The translations under genes and the position numbers were made by a program. DNA of 64,000 nucleotides from IMG/VR virus record IMGVR_UViG_3300029305_011402; one strand, given 5' to 3'. Source of the stretch: an uncultured virus (IMG/VR IMGVR_UViG_3300029305_011402). Taxonomy: Duplodnaviria > Heunggongvirae > Uroviricota > Caudoviricetes. This document shows, in pieces, positions 57,495-64,000 of this stretch. The notes beneath the pieces are model-generated. The model ran no database searches and was not told the DNA's origin. It saw nothing but the letters and a program-made list of their open reading frames with translations. The stretch's first letter is position 1. Every line of letters begins with the position of its first letter.

Positions 57495-58166
57495 TTATCC
57501 TTTTAAGTTAAATAATTTCTCAACCATTTTTTTAGCGTCTTGCATAGTTGTTGGCGGAGTTTGTTTAACCACCGCAACACTCCCCTGACTGCCAATTATG
57601 GTTGGAGTTTTTGTTTTTTGTACATTCTTAAAATATTCTTCTAACACTTGTTTTTTTACTTCTTCACGATTCAAAATTTTTTCTGTTATGAAGTTTTGAT
57701 CGTTTGCCAAAGTATCGGGCTCGCGATAATTTTTTTGCATTACTCTAGCCCAAGCAAGTTCCAAGGCGTTGGGAGATTTTTGCAAATCTGGGTCCATTAA
57801 AATTTCGTTTGCAATATCTCCTGAATATTTTTGTGCCTCGGCATTGTTTGATAAAAAACTAGAAACATTGTCCTGCCACGATTCTTGCAAGTAAATCGGC
57901 TCTGTTTGTTTTTTATCTATTTGGTTAAGTTGAGAATTTTTGTCTTCTAATTCTTTTGACATCTCACTCAACTTTTGACACTTTCTTGTAAACTCTGCCT
58001 GCAAATTGTTATAGGCAGAAAGCAAACTTTCAGCGTCTTTAAATTTTCCAAGGGAGCCATCAGAGTTTTCCAAAAGAGTACCCTCTATATTATCTTCAAC
58101 AATTCCACTTTGTACATTTGGCAAAACTTCTTCTAGTTGTTCCCCTGATATTTTTTCTTCTTCCAT
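57495..58166 (-). CDS. Capsid scaffolding protein of cluster 2
   Basis: GKFKDAESLLSAYNNLQAEFTRKCQ motif; immediately upstream of the capsid gene. Confidence 0.75.
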   Translation of the reverse strand: MEEEKISGEQLEEVLPNVQSGIVEDNIEGTLLENSDGSLGKFKDAESLLSAYNNLQAEFTRKCQKLSEMSKELEDKNSQLNQIDKKQTEPIYLQESWQDNVSSFLSNNAEAQKYSGDIANEILMDPDLQKSPNALELAWARVMQKNYREPDTLANDQNFITEKILNREEVKKQVLEEYFKNVQKTKTPTIIGSQGSVAVVKQTPPTTMQDAKKMVEKLFNLKG

Positions 58167-58509
58167 TTTGTTCTCCTTTTTGTTATTACTTATTGTTTTT
58201 TTGTATTACTTTTTTAATGAAAAATGAATAATTAAAAACGAATAATTAATGACATATTTTAAATAATTATTAAAAAATTAATTATAAATCACCCCAAAAT
58301 TGTGTTAAAAAATATTTGCAAAACCCTGTTTTACAAATATTTACATTTTAAATTATTAAATATTATTTTTACCTTTATTTTAAAGGGAATATATTTATTT
58401 TAATTATTGTTTAATTATTTTTAATTAAATTGTTTTATTATTTTTTAATTAATAAATTATCCACCATTATTCACTATTCATTATTAATTAAAAATTACTG
58501 CAGTAATTT

Positions 58510-58848
58510 TTATGAATTATAGTCATATGGTATTTTATTCTTGCGTTCACCTTTTAAGTTTGTTATATATCCATTTTCAACCTTGCACCACCAGTCTGGG
58601 TTGTGATTTGGTATTGCATCTAATATCCACTCATCTGGACATTTGCCATCTTCTACAAATTCTAAATCTTCTAGTTTAATACCGCAGTAGTAATACCAAT
58701 CAAAATCATCACCTGTTTCAAATATACAGTAAAATTCATTATTCCTAATTTCCGCCTGCATAATTGTTCCTATCATCCCCGCATAAACATTGCAGTCTTT
58801 ATAACATTTCCTATCTTTTAAAACTTTCACCTTGTCTAAATATTTCAT
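58510..58848 (-). CDS. Putative immunity protein, paralog 3 (DUF4926-like N-terminus)
   Basis: MKYLDKVKV...GMIGTI...F; shared C-terminus WCKVENGYITNLKGERKNKIPYDYNS. Confidence 0.65.
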   Translation of the reverse strand: MKYLDKVKVLKDRKCYKDCNVYAGMIGTIMQAEIRNNEFYCIFETGDDFDWYYYCGIKLEDLEFVEDGKCPDEWILDAIPNHNPDWWCKVENGYITNLKGERKNKIPYDYNS

Positions 58849-58861
58849 TTATAAATCCTTT

Positions 58862-59200
58862 TTACGAATTATAATCATACGGTATTTTGTTTTTTCGCTC
58901 GCCTTTTAAATTTGTTATATAACCATTTTCGACTTTGCACCACCAGTCTTTATTCTTATTTGGTATAGCATCTAAAATCCATTCATCTGGACAATTCCCA
59001 TCTTCTACAAATTCTAAATCATTAATATAAATTGGGCATTCAAAATACCAATCATAGTCATCTCCAGATTCAAAGATACAATAAAATGAATTATCTCTTA
59101 TTTCCGCCTCAAAAATAGTACCTATCATTCCTTTATAGATGTTATTTTCATTATATTCTTTTCGGTCGTTTATCACTTTTACTTTATCAAAATATTTCAT
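58862..59200 (-). CDS. Putative immunity protein, paralog 2
   Basis: Paralog of both neighbours with the same 26-aa C-terminus. Confidence 0.65.
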   Translation of the reverse strand: MKYFDKVKVINDRKEYNENNIYKGMIGTIFEAEIRDNSFYCIFESGDDYDWYFECPIYINDLEFVEDGNCPDEWILDAIPNKNKDWWCKVENGYITNLKGERKNKIPYDYNS

Positions 59201-59262
59201 TTTGCCTTATCTCCTATTAATGTGTTACATTTGAGTTTTCACCTTTAATTGCCATAAAGTTT

Positions 59263-59607
59263 TTACGAATTATAATCATATGGTATTTTATTTTTTCTCT
59301 CGCCTTTTAAATTTGTTATATAACCATTTTCGACTTTGCACCAAATATTTTGATGTTCTTTTGGTAAATCTTTTAATATTTGCTCATCTGTAGCATTGCC
59401 GTCTTCTACTGTTTCAATATCTCCAACATCCATATATGTATAATGATCTTCTTTATCTTCAAAATATCTGTGTGAAAATATTACAAAAAATTTATTATTA
59501 AAACAAATTGCAGGCTCAGTCAGCATTCCAACCATACCCTTGCAAATTCCCAATTCTAAATATTCTTCTTTATCATTAATTACTTTAACCATATCTAGAT
59601 ATTTCAT
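59263..59607 (-). CDS. Putative cognate immunity protein, paralog 1
   Basis: ATGA overlap with the upstream toxin-like gene. Confidence 0.65.
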   Translation of the reverse strand: MKYLDMVKVINDKEEYLELGICKGMVGMLTEPAICFNNKFFVIFSHRYFEDKEDHYTYMDVGDIETVEDGNATDEQILKDLPKEHQNIWCKVENGYITNLKGERKNKIPYDYNS

Positions 59608-60245
59608 TTTAATCCTCCTATTAATGTGTTACATTTCAATTTCCCATTAGAAAATATTGTCCAGCCCGTTTTTAATCTATAAATCTTTCCAAAGTCCTCA
59701 TGCTTTCCAGGAAAATTTAAAACAAGACCAATTTTGTAACCCGTATTATTATGTTCTCTAAAGTTATAATTACCTTTTGAGTACTCCATTTTACACAACT
59801 TTTTAATAATTTCTAATGCTTCATAAAACTCTTCATTTGAGTAATAACCCATACTGTTTAATGTGTGCCCTTTATCTTTTAACATCCATTGTATTTTCCC
59901 ATCTGGAATAATCAATTCAATATCTTCTGCGGTTGGTATCTTGATACCCTTTTCATAACAATGACAATGTGGGTGATAAATGCCGTCATCTTTTTTTAGG
60001 ATAATTTTAATATACTTGTTTGTATCAGAATAGTCAAATTTTTCAGGCTTTTTGCCTTCTTCATTTTTAAACCAACATTTATTTACAGTAACACATTTCC
60101 AACAATGAGGTTTTGTGATTTCCTCATTAACACCATCTTTATAACTAAAATCATCAATAACAAATTCGCTCAAGTCGTCATTAATTTGTATCCATTCGGA
60201 AAGTTTGCCAACAACCTTTCCAAAAACCTTATCAAACACACTCAT
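59604..60245 (-). CDS. MuF-like minor head protein core with putative C-terminal toxin domain (DUF6883-like)
   Basis: CWKC...HPHCHC (variant of the MuF HPNCRC motif) directly after portal, followed by three immunity-like paralogs. Confidence 0.6.
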   Translation of the reverse strand: MSVFDKVFGKVVGKLSEWIQINDDLSEFVIDDFSYKDGVNEEITKPHCWKCVTVNKCWFKNEEGKKPEKFDYSDTNKYIKIILKKDDGIYHPHCHCYEKGIKIPTAEDIELIIPDGKIQWMLKDKGHTLNSMGYYSNEEFYEALEIIKKLCKMEYSKGNYNFREHNNTGYKIGLVLNFPGKHEDFGKIYRLKTGWTIFSNGKLKCNTLIGGLK

Positions 60246-60246
60246 A

Positions 60247-62118
60247 TTACTCACCAACATTTTGCGACTGCAAATTTAAACTTTTAAATTGTTTGTGTAA
60301 CCTTATGTGTTCAAGCATTTTATCTTCTATTTGTTTTGTACAATTTTTTTCGTAGTCGCCACCAAGCATAAAGGCAATATGTTCGTTTATGTGAATGTCG
60401 TGGTCGTCAATTTCTTTAACTTCAACCAGTTGTCCGTGCATAAATTTTGAGTTTTCGCAAGATGCCTTTTTTTGGTGTAATTCCAAAATGTCTTGAGCAT
60501 TTTCCCAAACGCCAAAGCCGAGTAGTTCAAGCGCCTTAATTCTCATACGGTTTGATAGTTTTCCGTCTTGGTCATGCAAAAGCCCTGCCTTTAACAAATC
60601 AAAAACCATACTTCGTCTTTGTGCAAGCGACTCGTTTAGTTCGGTATCTGTTTCAAAGGCAACTTCATCACTGGTTATGTCAGATGAACAAAAATATTCA
60701 AGTTCCAACTCGCCGTGGTCGCCAACAATTTTTAAAAGTCTTGGCTGGGTTGCAAACTGTTTGTAAAGCCTTAAAATATGCCTTGCAACCATTTTTATTG
60801 CAAACTTAATTTGGTCGCTTGTAACCGAAAGCCTTGCTTGGTCTTGTTCAATCAAAAGTTGCATGGCTATACCGGAAATGTTTGTTCTTGCAAGGTTGGT
60901 GTTTAAAATATCACTCACACCGCTTATTGTTTTAAACTCGGCTAGTAGTTTTTCTTCTTCTACATCAAAGTCTGCTGGGACATTTGTGTTGCCCATATAA
61001 CTTGGTGCAGACGAGCCTTGCCTATACACCAAAATTTTGCCTGGCGATAAACCCTCTTCTTCCAAATTTTCAACATCAACTGAGCCGTCTTCAACGGTTA
61101 ACACGCCCATAGAAAGACGATTTATATATTCGTGTTTTCTATTTTTTATTGCATTGTATGCCCTTTGAACAGGAATAATTCTTTCAATTATGCTACTGCC
61201 CCAAAAACATCCACTTTGTTCCAAACAAACTTGTCTAACAAATGGAAATGTTCTATCGTCATTGCTACCGTTGTCGTATGGCAATTCGCCGTCATACAAA
61301 AGTTGGTCGCCGGCAACAATGGTGAGCCTGCCGTTTGGATGTTTTTCGCTTGCTCTTTCGTATCTTTCAATAACTACGGCGTAACCACTTTTGACTGTGT
61401 TGACAACTTTTGTTGCTTGAGCTTTATACCCAAGCCCGCCGAGGCCGTCAGTTTTGTTGTCTAGCGAAAACACATTAACATCACCACCGGCAACTTTTTT
61501 GCCCCAGAGTGCTTCAATTTCGTCAACATGATATGCCTTTGCGTGAATAATTGACTTGCAATCTTCTAGCCCAGCGCAACAAGAACTTTCTGGATAAATT
61601 TCAAATGGCGAACAAATGCTAATGCACACATCACCCATTTTTAACTTTTTGCCGGTTTGGTCTTTTGCAAACGTTTGTCCCTTTTGGTTGTCCCAAGTAA
61701 TTTTGTAAAACACCGTACCTGTTGTTTCGCTCCACTTTGTTGCGTCTGAAATGAGTTTTGACATATCTTCTTTGTTATAAATTGAATTAATAATTTTTTT
61801 ACTTAATTTTGCAGTTTTTACATCCGATTCATCACCGCTTGCTGGCACAACTGTCATTGTTGGTCTTACTGTTTTTAACTTTGCAAGTCGGGTTTCGGTT
61901 ATGGTTGCAATATGGTTAAACACTTCCCTTTCTTGCCAAAAAAATTGTTTGTCAAATTCTTCAATATCGTTGTTATAACCCACACTGCAATATTGATTGC
62001 CCATTAAAAAATTCATATTTAATTGCCATAGGGCATCAAATGGTTTTCTTTCTTCACTTCTTTTTTTAAAGTCCTGTTGGACATCATTTATTAATTGTTG
62101 TTCTTCTAATTTTTTCAC
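60247..62118 (-). CDS. Portal protein of cluster 2
   Basis: 623 aa; FWGSSIIERIIPVQRAYN and ISGVS...SG.A..LL.EQD motifs. Confidence 0.85.
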   Translation of the reverse strand: MKKLEEQQLINDVQQDFKKRSEERKPFDALWQLNMNFLMGNQYCSVGYNNDIEEFDKQFFWQEREVFNHIATITETRLAKLKTVRPTMTVVPASGDESDVKTAKLSKKIINSIYNKEDMSKLISDATKWSETTGTVFYKITWDNQKGQTFAKDQTGKKLKMGDVCISICSPFEIYPESSCCAGLEDCKSIIHAKAYHVDEIEALWGKKVAGGDVNVFSLDNKTDGLGGLGYKAQATKVVNTVKSGYAVVIERYERASEKHPNGRLTIVAGDQLLYDGELPYDNGSNDDRTFPFVRQVCLEQSGCFWGSSIIERIIPVQRAYNAIKNRKHEYINRLSMGVLTVEDGSVDVENLEEEGLSPGKILVYRQGSSAPSYMGNTNVPADFDVEEEKLLAEFKTISGVSDILNTNLARTNISGIAMQLLIEQDQARLSVTSDQIKFAIKMVARHILRLYKQFATQPRLLKIVGDHGELELEYFCSSDITSDEVAFETDTELNESLAQRRSMVFDLLKAGLLHDQDGKLSNRMRIKALELLGFGVWENAQDILELHQKKASCENSKFMHGQLVEVKEIDDHDIHINEHIAFMLGGDYEKNCTKQIEDKMLEHIRLHKQFKSLNLQSQNVGE

Positions 62119-62315
62119 TTTTTCTCCTTTATTATTAAATGGTGTTTATGCTTGCTTAGTAATTTTTAATGAATAATGAATAATTAATAATGAATAGTGA
62201 AGGATAACTATATAAATTCTTTTTATTAAAATTGCCATCCATTATTCACAAGTTCATTGTTCATTAATGCGTACTTAACTCGAATTTTTAACTTTCATAC
62301 AAATCGGACATCCAT

Positions 62316-62349
<34 letters not shown>

Positions 62350-62360
62350 TTTAAAAACCA

Positions 62361-62570
62361 CTAACTCAACTTCTTCACTTTCTTATACGGTGCTTCCACC
62401 CCTTTGGGCACAATAACTCTTGCCACGCATTCGTAAATTTTTTTAACGCACTCATCACAAAGGTTTAGCCTTTTGTTTTTGTCGTTTGGCTCTGCAAGAC
62501 AAGTGCTAGCCAAATTTTTACAAACCGGAAAATCGCACTTGATTTTGTTTGCAATTTTAGTTATCTCCAT
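62361..62570 (-). CDS. Small zinc-finger protein
   Basis: CDFPVC...LCDEC. Confidence 0.6.
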   Translation of the reverse strand: MEITKIANKIKCDFPVCKNLASTCLAEPNDKNKRLNLCDECVKKIYECVARVIVPKGVEAPYKKVKKLS

Positions 62571-62916
62571 TTTCGTTTTCTTCCCCCTTTATTTCAACAA
62601 AGATATCTTTATCGGTCAGCTCTTGATATTCCTTAAAAAGTTTGATGGCAACTTGGTCCATTTCTTCATCAGTTAGATTCGAGTAATCTGTTTGACTGTT
62701 ATTAGCATCAACTTCCAGCAAAAACTTTGCCGCCGATATATCCGCAGGCACATAAAATTTTGAAACCTTGCGCTTTAACAACACATCTTTGCCAGCCTTT
62801 TCATCATGAGCAAATTCTTCTACTACTTCTTTGGTGGTGTAACCAGTTGCTTTTTTTTGCACCGCCAATAAAACTTTTTTTATAATGTCGCTGTCAATTG
62901 TTTGGTTGCTTTTCAC
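62557..62916 (-). CDS. Terminase small subunit-like protein
   Basis: KKATGY...E...K.YVPADISAAKFLL motif; GTG start after GGAGG. Confidence 0.6.
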   Translation of the reverse strand: MKSNQTIDSDIIKKVLLAVQKKATGYTTKEVVEEFAHDEKAGKDVLLKRKVSKFYVPADISAAKFLLEVDANNSQTDYSNLTDEEMDQVAIKLFKEYQELTDKDIFVEIKGEENENGDN

Positions 62917-63095
62917 ATTGTTCCCTCCTGCTTTCGCAACAAAGAATAGCACGGCAAAAAATATTTTCAATTAACCCTTGCCACTTTTTTTAAAAAATTT
63001 TAAATTGTTCAAAATTTTATTATCTAAAAATACACATAATTATTTGACCGAAAAATTAAATAATGCTAAAATTTAAATATATAAAGGAGATTTAT

Positions 63096-63890
63096 ATGGA
63101 TTTATCAATAAAGAATTCTGATGTTTTACCAGAAATATTTATGCTTTCTAGCCAATATTTTGACGGAATGCTAACCGATTTGCGTGAATTTTATAACAAA
63201 GTTATGCAAGATGCCGATCTTGGTCAAAAATTGATCAATTTTTTCTTGAAATATAACAACTATATCGCTGGCAACTATGCTTTGGTAAAAAATCCTGTTT
63301 CTGACATTTGCGTATCGCTAAAAGCCTTTGGTGACAAACTTGGCGCAGTTGGTGGCGAAACTTTTGCAAAAGTAAAAGAAAACACTGACGCAGTTGTTGC
63401 TGCTGCTGGCACATTTTTTGAGTTTGTTTCAAACTTTGTTGTAAACTCAAAAATGCTTGTAAAAAACAACAACAAAACTCTTGAATACAACAAAGCAAAT
63501 TTTGACAATTTGTATGGCTCAGTTTATGGCTTTTTAACAACCCTAACAAATTGTTTTAAAGAACTTGCAACTTATTCTTATCACCTTTATGGCGATGCAA
63601 AATTTGTTTTGGCAGAAAGGTTTGAAGGCATGTCAAACGGCCTTATCAATTTTATTAAAGCAGTAAAAACAAAATATTGTGCTTCAATTGCAAACTTTGT
63701 TGTTGGTGCAAAAGTTATGTACTTCAATTTTGCTCAGTTTGGTTATGTTCAACAACCTTATACTGATATATATGTAATTGACCCAAACGGCAATTTTGAT
63801 GTTCAAAACGCTGGCGTTTGCATTGACAACATTTTGACTGATTTTGAAGCTGCAAAACTCCAAGCAAAAAAAGCATTAGGCATTGAATAA
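63096..63890 (+). CDS. Hypothetical host protein
   Basis: AAGGAG RBS before MDLS; no recognisable family. Confidence 0.6.
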   Translation: MDLSIKNSDVLPEIFMLSSQYFDGMLTDLREFYNKVMQDADLGQKLINFFLKYNNYIAGNYALVKNPVSDICVSLKAFGDKLGAVGGETFAKVKENTDAVVAAAGTFFEFVSNFVVNSKMLVKNNNKTLEYNKANFDNLYGSVYGFLTTLTNCFKELATYSYHLYGDAKFVLAERFEGMSNGLINFIKAVKTKYCASIANFVVGAKVMYFNFAQFGYVQQPYTDIYVIDPNGNFDVQNAGVCIDNILTDFEAAKLQAKKALGIE

Positions 63891-64000
63891 TGAATCAAAT
63901 AGAAAAATATTACAACAAATTTAATGAGGACAAACGCTTGTCTTCTAGACACGGAATCGTTGAATATACTGTAACAAACAAGTATATTCACGATTTTTTA
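63890..64000 (+). CDS. Partial CDS, probable class I SAM-dependent methyltransferase N-terminus
   Basis: MNQIEKYYNKFNEDKRLSSRHGIVEYTVTNKYIHDFL; TAATG coupling; runs off the window. Confidence 0.55.
   Translation, partial: MNQIEKYYNKFNEDKRLSSRHGIVEYTVTNKYIHDFL

Noticed and set aside
58170..58505. Hidden gene or ncRNA in the AT-rich spacer
   Set aside because: No credible ORF or GC-supported structure; only degenerate heptamer repeats

Overview
A low-GC, probably Clostridia-class chromosome window with four blocks. (1) 1-~42.7 kb: one minus-strand temperate phage with podovirus-like morphogenesis genes and no tape measure; its left end lies outside the window. It carries a complete diversity-generating retroelement: avd, a 103-bp template repeat (4487-4589) and an RT. 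The template matches two variable repeats with adenine-only mismatches. VR1 (2534-2636) is internal to the adjacent 584-aa Ig/Fn3-like virion-type gene. VR2 (41559-41636) lies 37 kb away in a small early-region gene. The phage also encodes a ~3.1-kaa polyvalent protein (two zincin motifs, three tandem ADP-ribosyltransferase-like modules, a frameshift near its start), a putative ejection protein ending in GGGG|C-Hint, an Acb2/Tad1-like protein, a DedA/VTT gene, and two matched late-promoter plus hairpin motifs. (2) Host T-box leader and type-2 ileS. (3) A 4.4-kb restriction-modification/HNH cassette between 42-bp imperfect inverted repeats, with no recombinase, followed by degV. (4) 51.9-62.9 kb: a compact virion-gene cluster with no large terminase, integrase or replication genes. 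It is interspersed with host-type heptamer repeats (GTA-like or domesticated candidate) and holds a MuF-type toxin with three immunity paralogs. Family names come from motif recognition, not database searches.
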